Of a DNA stretch of 39,759 bases, positions 15,634-24,261 are shown piece after piece. The notes beneath the pieces are model-generated. The model made no database searches, was not told the DNA's origin, and saw nothing but the letters and a program-made list of their open reading frames with translations. This DNA is from an uncultured Candidatus Saccharibacteria bacterium (GTDB taxonomy: Bacteria; Patescibacteriota; Dojkabacteria; SC72): the NCBI GenBank assembly GCA_964557565.1, contig CAZLAH010000001.1, forward strand, positions 37,112 to 76,870, written 5' to 3'. Numbering within the stretch: the first letter of the stretch is position 1; each line of letters starts with the position of its first letter. Position numbers and translations under genes: made by a program.

Positions 15634-16458
15634 CTATATTGCGTTAATCTTAATAGGTAATCTGTTTTCTTTGTTAGTTAATACAATCTGAACATTTGGA
15701 AACTTAAATTGTGGATGTTCAAAATTCAAAACATACACTCCAGGATCCCATATTTTGTTTGTTAGGAAATATCCATTAGGTCCAGTCTTGTTTGCGTAAA
15801 GCATTTTACCATCTTTGCTTCTTAAATATACTATGGTATTTGGTATTGGCTTTAACTCTTTTGTACAAAGCCAAATATTGATATTGCCAGGCAAACTATC
15901 TGAGCTACTAATGTTAAACTGGAAATTTTCTAAATTCTCATCAGTAATTACAAGATTGTTTGGATCTAAAGAAGCAACTACTGGCTCCATTTCTTCTTTT
16001 ACTTCTTCCATCTCACTAGTAACAACATCTTCTTCGCTACTTTGGGTATTCACAAAAGAAGCACCAATTATTTTTGGTTTCTCATCTTTAATCTCTTGAG
16101 GAACTAATTTCCCTTCCTCATTTGGTTTAACAGCGGGTTTTACTCTTTCAGCTTTCATCTTCTTGTTTAACCAAGCTCTTTGAGTAGGGTTGTTAATAGC
16201 TGTAATATAGCTTTGAATAAATTTGTCTGCATCTTGATCATTGATTGGTACCAAGCCGAGGAAGATACCAGAAACAGAGGAAAGAAAGAAAACGGGGATA
16301 CCAAGTATAGCGGGAATTACCTTGTCTACAGTTAAATATATCATCAATCCACCGAAGCCAATACCAAGTGCCAAGTAGGCGAATTCTTTTAAGGTAAACT
16401 TTGTAAAAAGTTTAAATTCCACATCTAATACATTTTGAGGAATTGCATGTTGTCTCAT
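15634..16458 (-). CDS. PrgI/VirB3-like membrane protein fused to a CarboxypepD_reg-like beta-sandwich domain
   Basis: 274 aa. N-terminus IPQNVLDVEFKLFTKFTLKEFAYLALGIGFGGLMIYL plus a second TM helix (IPAILGIPVFFLSSVSGIFLGLV) matches the PrgI-family hairpin. The C-terminus IVYLRSKDGKMLYANKTGPNGYFLTNKIWDPGVYVLNFE resembles the carboxypeptidase regulatory-like fold. Confidence 0.7.
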   Translation of the reverse strand: MRQHAIPQNVLDVEFKLFTKFTLKEFAYLALGIGFGGLMIYLTVDKVIPAILGIPVFFLSSVSGIFLGLVPINDQDADKFIQSYITAINNPTQRAWLNKKMKAERVKPAVKPNEEGKLVPQEIKDEKPKIIGASFVNTQSSEEDVVTSEMEEVKEEMEPVVASLDPNNLVITDENLENFQFNISSSDSLPGNINIWLCTKELKPIPNTIVYLRSKDGKMLYANKTGPNGYFLTNKIWDPGVYVLNFEHPQFKFPNVQIVLTNKENRLPIKINAI

Positions 16459-16532
16459 AGGCAGATTTTACTATTTTTACATCATAAAGTTTAGCAGAAT
16501 ATTAAAGAAAGTTTTAGTAGTATAATTAAAAC

Positions 16533-17318
16533 ATGTCTAGCAAGAACAAACAATTAGATGAACTAATAAAATTTCGTTCCCTTATGCACTTAACAGTGTC
16601 AAGAGAAGATATAAAAAGGATCTGGGGGAAAAAGTTTTTGAAAGAAGTAAAAACACAAAAATCAAAAGATTTTGGAAATGAGTCTGTAGATGAAAAGATA
16701 TTACTTGCAAAAGAGAAAATGTCTAAACTTCTTGTATTCGATTGGGTGAAATTTATAGCAGTATCAGGATCTGTAGCTGCAGGCTTCGCAGAAGACTCAG
16801 ATGATATTGATATATTCTTAGTAGTCAAAGATAATACGATGTGGTTATACCGAGGGATTGTCTCTATCGGAAATATATTTCATCACACAATTAGAACTAA
16901 AAAAGATAAAATAGTAAAAGACAAATTATGTTTAAATTTAATATCTGAGGAAAGAGATTTGGAATTTGAAAATGATATATTCAACTTTCATGAACTTATG
17001 TATCTAAAACCGATCTACAATGAAAAATATTCTCAATATATATATTCTAAAAATAAATGGCTCAAAGATAGTTATGGAGTAAAGAATGATTTACTAACTA
17101 CTAGAATATCTAATCTAAACAAAACGAACTATATTTTAAAGTTCTTTAACTCACTTGCTTTCGTTTTACAAACCCTATTTATGAAAATATCAAGGCATAG
17201 TCCAGAGATCCCTAGATTAATCGAAAATTCTAAAAAAGGAAAAATAGAATTCTTTGATAAAAATTACAAAAAGAAGAAAATAGAAAACTATTTAAAAGCA
17301 TTCAAATCAATTAACTGA
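16533..17318 (+). CDS. Pol-beta superfamily nucleotidyltransferase-domain protein
   Basis: 261 aa. Minimal NTase signature GSVAAGFAEDSDDIDIFLVV (G[GS]x9-13 D x D). TATAAT lies 6 nt upstream of the ATG. Confidence 0.65.
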   Translation: MSSKNKQLDELIKFRSLMHLTVSREDIKRIWGKKFLKEVKTQKSKDFGNESVDEKILLAKEKMSKLLVFDWVKFIAVSGSVAAGFAEDSDDIDIFLVVKDNTMWLYRGIVSIGNIFHHTIRTKKDKIVKDKLCLNLISEERDLEFENDIFNFHELMYLKPIYNEKYSQYIYSKNKWLKDSYGVKNDLLTTRISNLNKTNYILKFFNSLAFVLQTLFMKISRHSPEIPRLIENSKKGKIEFFDKNYKKKKIENYLKAFKSIN

Positions 17319-18331
17319 GCATTCTTTAAAATATCCTTTGGTATATCTTTGTAATCAATTACTGTAATAAAGGATTGTTGCTTCTTCAAATACTTCCTAT
17401 CGAATATCAAAGAAGTATTACTACTATCTAACTCGGAAGAAATATCATCAAGCAAAAGAGTAGGGTATGATCCAGTTTCCTCCTTGACTAAATCCTGAAT
17501 CTTGAAAATAAGTTGACCAATAGCTAGTCTTTTCTCACCTCTAGAACCATATCTCTTTATATCCTTACCATTTATCAATTCCCAGTCATCTCTATGTGGT
17601 CCAATATTTGTATACCCAGTAGCAATATCTCTCTTTTTACTCTCCTCTAAACAATCTTCTAAAGATCCAACTTTGTTTGATTTTACATACTCCAATCTAA
17701 AAGTTTCTTTGCCCAAGTCATTTATAATTTCTATCCTCTTTTTCTGGATAACATTTGCTACATTGAGGAACTCATTTGTCCAGAAATTTAATTGAGGATC
17801 ATTCCTTGCTATTACACCTCTCTCATAGAAATTTTTAGATAATTTTTTCAGATATGCATTCCTCTGCTTTAGGATTTTACTAAACAAGCTAAGCACATCA
17901 GAATATCCATAATCTAAAATGACTATTGTGTCATCTAGTAGGTTTCTTCTCTTACTAGGGGATATCATTAGTATTTCAATCTGTTCAGGATTGAAAATAG
18001 CAGAAGAATTTTTTTGAAAAAACTTCTTAGGTGTTGTTTTCTGTCCATCTATTCGTAACTCTTTTTTTGTCTCACACTTGTAATATGTAAAAACATTCTC
18101 ATCTGTTTCCATCTCAATCCTAGTATATTTCTCTCCTTCTTCTTGCTCGTTTTTAATGAATTCATCTGTAGAAGCCCAAGGAGAATGACCATTTGTAATT
18201 AATGAAATAGCTTCTAGTATTGTACTTTTGCCAATAGCATTGTTACCATGTAGAACTACAATATCTCCATCGAACTTGAGTTCTAGATTTTTGAACTGTC
18301 TAAAGTTTGTAAGCTTTAATCTCTTGATCAT
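17288..18331 (-). CDS. recF: DNA replication and repair protein RecF
   Basis: 347 aa. MIKRLKLTNFRQFKNLELKF, Walker A GNNAIGKSTILEAISL, GSRGEKRLAIGQL signature, LLLDDISSELD Walker B/D-loop. Confidence 0.9.
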   Translation of the reverse strand: MIKRLKLTNFRQFKNLELKFDGDIVVLHGNNAIGKSTILEAISLITNGHSPWASTDEFIKNEQEEGEKYTRIEMETDENVFTYYKCETKKELRIDGQKTTPKKFFQKNSSAIFNPEQIEILMISPSKRRNLLDDTIVILDYGYSDVLSLFSKILKQRNAYLKKLSKNFYERGVIARNDPQLNFWTNEFLNVANVIQKKRIEIINDLGKETFRLEYVKSNKVGSLEDCLEESKKRDIATGYTNIGPHRDDWELINGKDIKRYGSRGEKRLAIGQLIFKIQDLVKEETGSYPTLLLDDISSELDSSNTSLIFDRKYLKKQQSFITVIDYKDIPKDILKNAQLIDLNAFK

Positions 18332-18332
18332 A

Positions 18333-20159
18333 CTAAGTCTTTAATATCGCTAAAAATGCCTCTTGTGGAATAGTGACTTGACCAATCTGTTTTAGTCTCT
18401 TCTTACCCTTCTTCTGCTTCTCAAGCAATTTCTTTTTTCTAGAGTAATCTCCTCCATACAGTTTTGCTGTGACATCTTTTCTAAATGCACTAACATCTTC
18501 TCTGGCAATGATTTTGGCACCAATAGAGGCTTGGATTGGAATAGGGAACTGTTGTCTTGGTATGACTTTCTTTAACTCTTCGAGCAGTTTAACTGCCTTA
18601 AATCTAGCTTCATCTCTAACATCCAAAAAATTCAATACAGAAATATCCTCATGATTTACCAATATTGAGACTTTTACAATATCAGAAGGGAAGTAGTCGA
18701 TGAATTCATATTCCATAGAGGCGTAACCACTTGAGATATTCTTAAGGAGATCGAAATAGTTTGATATCAAAGATGCTAACGGCATATCATACTCCAAGAC
18801 AATATACTGCTCTTTAAGTTGGATATCTGGTCTGTTGTTACTTAAGTATTCAGTATTAACATACTGACCTCTTTTTAATTGGCACAATTTCATAATATCT
18901 CCTATGTATGTATCAGGAGTTAAAATCCTAGTTCTAACCCACGGCTCCCTTATTTCTTGTATCTCTGAAGGGTCTGGTAGCTCTTGTGGTGTTTGAATAG
19001 CTAATTCTGTCCCATCTGTCTTGGTAACCATGTATTCAACAGTAGGGGCTGTTACAATGAGATCCACGTTATATTCCCTTTCTAATCTCTCCTGAATAAT
19101 ATCCATATGCAGTAAACCTAGGAATCCACATCTAAATCCAGATCCTAACAAACTAGATCTCTGATCAGAGAATGAAAGAGAAGCATCATTCAGGGATAGT
19201 TTTGTTAAGGCTACTCTCAAATTCTCGTACTCCTCAGGATCTGTAGGAAAGAATGTTGCAAACATATTTGGTTTTGGTATCTCATACCCTTCTAAAGGTA
19301 GTGTATTTGGAGAATCAGCAACTGTATCTCCAACTGTGAAATAACTAATATCTTTTAATCCTGTAGCTATATACCCAACTTCACCTGCATACAGATCTGT
19401 ACTTTCTCTTAAATTTGGTGAAAATATACCAATCTCAGTGGGCTTAAATGATTGTTTTCTTTGTAGAATATGTAATTCAGAAGCCTTTCCAGGAATATAT
19501 CGAATATGGCCATCAAAGAGTCTTATAGCTATGACTACACCTCTATGTTCGTCATAGAAGGAATCGAACACGAGAGCTTTTAATGGAGAGTTAGAGTCTC
19601 CTACAGGAGGAGGAGTTTTCTCTATGATTGCATCAAGCAATGTTTCAACATTCTCTCCTGTTTTAGCAGATACTTTAATGATTTCATCTTTGGAAAAACC
19701 TAACAAAGATTCTATCTCTTTCTCTCTTTCTTCAATATTTATATTTGGTAAATCAATTTTGTTAAGTACTGGTATTAATTTAAGACCTAAATCTAGTGCT
19801 TTTCTTGTATTAGAAATTGTCTGAGCTTGTATACCCTGACTTGCATCTACTAGCAACAGTGCAGACTCACATGCAGCTAATGATCTAGATACCTCATATG
19901 AGAAGTCGACATGTCCTGGTGTATCTATGAGATTAAGTTGATGTCCTTTCCATTCCATCTTGCAGGCTTGTAACTTAATGGTAATGCCTTTCTCTTGCTC
20001 TAAATCTAATCTATCTAATACTCTCTCCTTTCTTTTATCTCTTGCAAGATCAGTATGTGCAGCCTCAAGCATCCTGTCTGCTAATGTAGACTTACCGTGA
20101 TCTATATGTGCAATTATTGAGAAATTGCGAATTTTATTTAAAGGAGTACCTTCATGCAT
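18333..20159 (-). CDS. lepA: translation elongation factor 4 (LepA)
   Basis: 608 aa. IRNFSIIAHIDHGKSTLADR, DTPGHVDF, NKIDLP and the LepA-specific C-terminal domain. Its stop is 1 nt from the recF ATG. Confidence 0.97.
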   Translation of the reverse strand: MHEGTPLNKIRNFSIIAHIDHGKSTLADRMLEAAHTDLARDKRKERVLDRLDLEQEKGITIKLQACKMEWKGHQLNLIDTPGHVDFSYEVSRSLAACESALLLVDASQGIQAQTISNTRKALDLGLKLIPVLNKIDLPNINIEEREKEIESLLGFSKDEIIKVSAKTGENVETLLDAIIEKTPPPVGDSNSPLKALVFDSFYDEHRGVVIAIRLFDGHIRYIPGKASELHILQRKQSFKPTEIGIFSPNLRESTDLYAGEVGYIATGLKDISYFTVGDTVADSPNTLPLEGYEIPKPNMFATFFPTDPEEYENLRVALTKLSLNDASLSFSDQRSSLLGSGFRCGFLGLLHMDIIQERLEREYNVDLIVTAPTVEYMVTKTDGTELAIQTPQELPDPSEIQEIREPWVRTRILTPDTYIGDIMKLCQLKRGQYVNTEYLSNNRPDIQLKEQYIVLEYDMPLASLISNYFDLLKNISSGYASMEYEFIDYFPSDIVKVSILVNHEDISVLNFLDVRDEARFKAVKLLEELKKVIPRQQFPIPIQASIGAKIIAREDVSAFRKDVTAKLYGGDYSRKKKLLEKQKKGKKRLKQIGQVTIPQEAFLAILKT

Positions 20160-20197
20160 AGGGCAATTATATCTTAATGGAGGACGGAATTATAGGA

Positions 20198-20761
20198 TTA
20201 GAGATCTGTTTTCTCTATGATACTCATTGTGAAAGTTTCAGAGAATTGTACATTCCCAAAATTCTCTACAACCAAAAATACAACAGCTTCATCATTTGGA
20301 GCTAATTTAATTTCTTGATTGTATCCAAAACCTTTGTCGTCTTGTAATTTGTATGTATCATTACCAATCTTTAAATATATGTTTGATCTTACATTCGACT
20401 CTGTTTGTCCATAGAAATACAAAGTTTTTGATTCTGAATTTTTATTTTCAACCTTTAATATTGGTTTTGAGTAGCTATCAGCTTCCCTTTTATTTATGTT
20501 TACAAAGTATTCATATCCTTTTTCTGATTTATTTAGTACTTCAGAAGTAAAGATATTATGCTTACCCTCTACAAGTGATACTGAGATATTGTTCTCTGTA
20601 GTTACACCTAAGATGTTTAATTTTTCTAATTGTTTTGTAATTGGAGAAAGATTGAGAACTGTAATGCTTGGAATTATGAAAAACAAAGCTAACAAACCTA
20701 AAGCAAAAGGTTCTAGAATCTGTAAAAACACTTTTTTTGCAACTTCTTTTCTATTATACAT
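20198..20761 (-). CDS. hypothetical N-terminally anchored membrane/exported protein
   Basis: 187 aa with a single N-terminal TM helix (ILEPFALGLLALFFIIPSITVL) and a beta-rich remainder. No recognisable family. Confidence 0.65.
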   Translation of the reverse strand: MYNRKEVAKKVFLQILEPFALGLLALFFIIPSITVLNLSPITKQLEKLNILGVTTENNISVSLVEGKHNIFTSEVLNKSEKGYEYFVNINKREADSYSKPILKVENKNSESKTLYFYGQTESNVRSNIYLKIGNDTYKLQDDKGFGYNQEIKLAPNDEAVVFLVVENFGNVQFSETFTMSIIEKTDL

Positions 20762-20766
20762 ATCTC

Positions 20767-21315
20767 TTAGTAATATCTATTGTTTCTTGGATATATATTA
20801 TCAGTTTCCAATTCGAATGTCTTCATAGTACCCCATATACTGAACAATGCTGTCACTCCTGCTACTATTCCTATCCATTGGTAGCAATTACCTTGTAATG
20901 TTTGTAGTATGACAATTATTGAAGCTAGTGTTAGGAAAGAAGACCAAAGGAATATTAACAGGAAGGAGGTATCTTTCTTCGTTATCCAATTTAAGATGTT
21001 TAATCTTGTGATTTTGACAATGGTTTTTGGATTCTGTAGTGAAGATTGGTAAATGGAAGTCTTTATGATGAAGTAGAATGTTGGTATTGCTAAAAGGATT
21101 AGCATAGCGAGATTTGAATATGAATTAACAAAAAGAGTAGTGTTGAAATCTGTAAAATATATCTGTACAGAGTAGATACCATTTACATTATTGTCTACGT
21201 AAAACTCAAGATCATATATGATGCCTACAATTACCATTCCCAAGAATTTAGCCAGAATCATTAAAATAGCTGGCCAGAGAGAAATTTTAAGAGCCCTTCT
21301 TAGCAGTTTTGACAT
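20767..21315 (-). CDS. hypothetical polytopic membrane protein
   Basis: 182 aa with about 4 hydrophobic helices. Its start overlaps the rpsT end by 29 nt. Confidence 0.65.
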   Translation of the reverse strand: MSKLLRRALKISLWPAILMILAKFLGMVIVGIIYDLEFYVDNNVNGIYSVQIYFTDFNTTLFVNSYSNLAMLILLAIPTFYFIIKTSIYQSSLQNPKTIVKITRLNILNWITKKDTSFLLIFLWSSFLTLASIIVILQTLQGNCYQWIGIVAGVTALFSIWGTMKTFELETDNIYPRNNRYY

Positions 21316-21583
21316 TATCTTTTGGCAGTTTGTTTAAATTCTTGGTAAGACGAGATTTCATTCTGTCAGCCTTACCTTTCTTTATTATATTCTTTTTTGC
21401 TGCTTTGTCTAAGACTTTGAAAACATTTTTCAAGTTCTTTTCACCCTCTGCAATAGCGTTAGCTTTCAAAAGAGAAGACTGTTTTTTAACTGCTTTTTTG
21501 ATTCTATTTCGAATTCTGTCATTAACGATTTTTCGTCTCTCGTTCTGTCTTAAATCTTTAATAGATGTTTTTAAATTTGGCAT
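21287..21583 (-). CDS. rpsT: 30S ribosomal protein S20
   Basis: 98 aa, highly basic. MPNLKTSIKDLRQNERRKIVNDRIRNRIKKAVKK is a typical S20 N-terminus. Confidence 0.9.
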   Translation of the reverse strand: MPNLKTSIKDLRQNERRKIVNDRIRNRIKKAVKKQSSLLKANAIAEGEKNLKNVFKVLDKAAKKNIIKKGKADRMKSRLTKNLNKLPKDNVKTAKKGS

Positions 21584-21678
21584 TGTTGTATCTTAAAAAT
21601 ATAATGGGTTGTAAATCAGGCTATTATATATATTATACCCTTGTTTGTAAACATATTTATTTATGTTAAACTTTTTCT

Positions 21679-22086
21679 ATGGTAAGAGGTAAGAAAACAA
21701 AGATAGTTTTAAGTGTTTTTTTAGTATGTTTAATATTTACAGTTGCTGTAGGATATTTTTTCTTAAAGAAGGAAGAGGAGAATACGGAATTGGAGAATGT
21801 AAAGGGTGTTACAAATGTGTCTGGTGTTCCATATATTGTTAATACTCCTCCTGTTTCTGCTATTATCGGAGAGGAGTATGTTTTTGTGATACAGGTAGTA
21901 GATTCAGATTCCAAGAAGAGTAAAATGTCATATGACTTAGTAGAAGGACCATCTTGGCTGTTTCTAGAGGGTAGTAGATTAAAAGGGACTCCTACAGTTG
22001 GCAGTGAAGGTACATATAGAATTGTCTTAAGGGTGTCTGATGGTAGCAATTCTTCTACAAAAGAGAGCTATATTTTAGTAGAATAG
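21679..22086 (+). CDS. N-anchored protein with one cadherin-like / putative-Ig (He_PIG-type) domain
   Basis: 135 aa. TM anchor IVLSVFLVCLIFTVAVGYFFL, then GEEYVFVIQVVDSD...YDLVEGPSWLFLEGSRLKGTPTVGSEGTYRIVLRVSDG. Confidence 0.7.
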   Translation: MVRGKKTKIVLSVFLVCLIFTVAVGYFFLKKEEENTELENVKGVTNVSGVPYIVNTPPVSAIIGEEYVFVIQVVDSDSKKSKMSYDLVEGPSWLFLEGSRLKGTPTVGSEGTYRIVLRVSDGSNSSTKESYILVE

Positions 22087-22090
22087 TTGA

Positions 22091-22498
22091 ATGAAAGTTA
22101 AACTGTTTGTTTTCTTAGGTGTGTTTTCTGTTCTGATAGTTTCGGTGTCAGCTATTTTACTCGTTGCAAAGAATGTCTCTAGTTTTGATATGTTTGGATC
22201 TAATGATAATGAATGTGTACCTTACAATGTATTTGTAGAGAAAGGTAGCAAAGATTACTCTGTGAATATTTCTTGGTCAACAAAAAATAAGTGCTTTTCT
22301 TTTGTACAGTATGGTTTGGATGAAAAGAGTATTAATATGATTGGGGTAGATTCTTCTTCGAGTTCTAAATCAAAAGAGCATTTAGTAGTATTGGAGAAAG
22401 TCTCTCCAATAGATAGATATTTCTTCTTGATAAATTCTGATAATCAAACATATGGTAATAATGGTATTCCTTTAGAGTTTTCTTTTAGTAATCTTTAG
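22091..22498 (+). CDS. N-anchored protein with one FN3-like domain
   Basis: 135 aa. TM anchor LFVFLGVFSVLIVSVSAILLV, then YSVNISWSTKNKCFSFVQYG...HLVVLEKVSPIDRYFFLINS (FN3 / purple-acid-phosphatase-N-like pattern). Confidence 0.7.
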   Translation: MKVKLFVFLGVFSVLIVSVSAILLVAKNVSSFDMFGSNDNECVPYNVFVEKGSKDYSVNISWSTKNKCFSFVQYGLDEKSINMIGVDSSSSSKSKEHLVVLEKVSPIDRYFFLINSDNQTYGNNGIPLEFSFSNL

Positions 22499-24261
22499 GA
22501 TTTTCTTCTTAGTTTTCTGATTGTTTTCTCTTCGAAGTATCTCTTTGGGTTGAATAATTTCCATGATACTATTTCTGCAGACTTGAAAGCTTTTGATTCT
22601 ACTAATTTACTTACCATTACTCTTCCAAAAGGTCTATTGTATATATACCAACCAATTGAGAGCATAATTATGCCAAGTAGTACTCTGCTAATGGTGCTAT
22701 CAAATAGTCCTGTTTGAGGAGTAGATGGTGTTGTTGGAGTGGTAGGTGTAGTTGGTGTTGTTGGAGCTTCACAATCTTGTTGTACACTTATGACATATTC
22801 TGTTCTTAGAGATGATGGATCTGCAGGTATCTCAACAGGAGTTATTATTGCCTCATTTTGGTTCGATCCTGTAAGAGCACTTGCACCTACAGAGGCTTGA
22901 AAGAGTATGACCAATGATTTGCCACTATCCAAACTCCATCCATCTGTCTTACTCCATACGATCTCCTTACTATCTCCAACATCAGTAACTTTTACATAGT
23001 CATTGTCATTTACCAAGACACCATTTATCTTTGTAGTACTTTGTACATACGCAAAACCAAGAGGTAATTTATCTTTTACAGAAGATATCACCTGAGCCTT
23101 AGAGCTATTGTTTGTTGTAGTTATTGTAAAGAGAACTGTATTGTTCGGAGAAACTCTCTCTACACACTCTAAATTGGCTGCTTTTGTAACTAAGAAATTA
23201 GATTCCTCCTTTGTTTCTCCTTCTTCTTCTTGTAGTGATTCTTTTGTTGGGAAAATCACAGATGTTGTAGTAGAACCTATGGAATCATTACTGTCTTGGA
23301 CGTCAACCGTTATTTTCATCTCTCCTTCATAGTCATTTAATTGTGAGAAACTAGTAGCTGTTGTAAAGTTGTCAGCGCTATACAAATCTTGTTCTAATAT
23401 CGTTATCTCTCCTTTTGCTGTGTCCAATGTAAACCCATCCTTCATTGTTATATTTGGGTAATTTTTACTAAAGGAGAAGAGTAGTGTGATGTCTGAATCA
23501 TCCTTTAGATTTCCTGCTTTAATTGTAATGTTAGAAAGCTTAAAGGTTTGATTATCAATTCTTGTTTGTACCTGCATCTCATTTACATTCGAAGAACCTT
23601 CTTGATCAACCTCAATTAATCTCCTACAAAGAGGAGAGTTAATCTGCTCCAAATTACTATCTTTTCCAGTAGCTACAATATTTAAAGAAGAAGAATCAAA
23701 AGAGCTTAATGTCTTTTTGATGGTTAATTTGTCAGGGGATATGATATCTGGTTCTACAGGTTCGTTATTGATTGTAAAAGAGTAGTCCGTATATTCTTTG
23801 TTAAACTTCGCCTCAATTGTAACTTCGTCATCTGTAGATATTTTCCCAGTTACAATTTTTCCATCTTTGTCTTTAACAATCATCTCTGAACATCTAGTAT
23901 CTTGTATTGTTTGTAATTGACATATTTGGAAAAGGTCTTGTTGTGTACTACTTTTAAGAAGATTTGTAGAAAGCTTACTTGTAGAACATGCCGCTTTACA
24001 TGTTTGGTCCTCAGGTACAGTAATAGTTTCAAACATGAAGCCTCTTCTAGGATCACTACATTCGGATATTACTGCAGGATCTATGTAGTAACAACCACAA
24101 GTTTTGGTCTTTGTGCCTTCACTATCAGTAGTATCTTTTATGGCGTAGAAATATATGGCTACACCAATTAATACTATCCCCAAAAAACCAACTATAGCAA
24201 TGAGAATAGTGATTGTTTTCTTAGGTGCTCTTGTTGTGGTTACTCTTCGAACTTCATCCAT
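22495..24261 (-). CDS. large surface protein with Cys-rich N-region, DUF11-like repeat domain, (TTP)n linker and sorting-signal-like C-terminus
   Basis: The ORF track starts at a TTG (24276); the first ATG is at 24261 (MDEVRRV...). N-terminal TM anchor. DUF11-like segment LVTKAANLECVERVSPNNTVLFTITTTNNSSKAQVISSVKDKLPLGFAYV. C-terminus TTPTTPTTPTTPSTPQTG plus a hydrophobic helix and a K/R-rich tail. Confidence 0.8.
   Translation of the reverse strand: MDEVRRVTTTRAPKKTITILIAIVGFLGIVLIGVAIYFYAIKDTTDSEGTKTKTCGCYYIDPAVISECSDPRRGFMFETITVPEDQTCKAACSTSKLSTNLLKSSTQQDLFQICQLQTIQDTRCSEMIVKDKDGKIVTGKISTDDEVTIEAKFNKEYTDYSFTINNEPVEPDIISPDKLTIKKTLSSFDSSSLNIVATGKDSNLEQINSPLCRRLIEVDQEGSSNVNEMQVQTRIDNQTFKLSNITIKAGNLKDDSDITLLFSFSKNYPNITMKDGFTLDTAKGEITILEQDLYSADNFTTATSFSQLNDYEGEMKITVDVQDSNDSIGSTTTSVIFPTKESLQEEEGETKEESNFLVTKAANLECVERVSPNNTVLFTITTTNNSSKAQVISSVKDKLPLGFAYVQSTTKINGVLVNDNDYVKVTDVGDSKEIVWSKTDGWSLDSGKSLVILFQASVGASALTGSNQNEAIITPVEIPADPSSLRTEYVISVQQDCEAPTTPTTPTTPTTPSTPQTGLFDSTISRVLLGIIMLSIGWYIYNRPFGRVMVSKLVESKAFKSAEIVSWKLFNPKRYFEEKTIRKLRRKS
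22717..22764 (-). repeat. imperfect 9-bp tandem repeat encoding (T-T-P)x5
   Basis: On the minus strand: cca aca aca / cca act aca / cct acc act / cca aca aca / cca tct act cct, giving PTTPTTPTTPTTPSTP. Confidence 0.7.

Noticed and set aside
12334-16458. Interpretation of the VirB4-like region as an integrative conjugative element or plasmid remnant
   Set aside because: The window has no integrase, relaxase, VirD4, replication gene, tRNA target or flanking direct repeats. By eye the composition matches the surrounding housekeeping genes. I treat it as a chromosomal module instead, though genome-wide context is needed.
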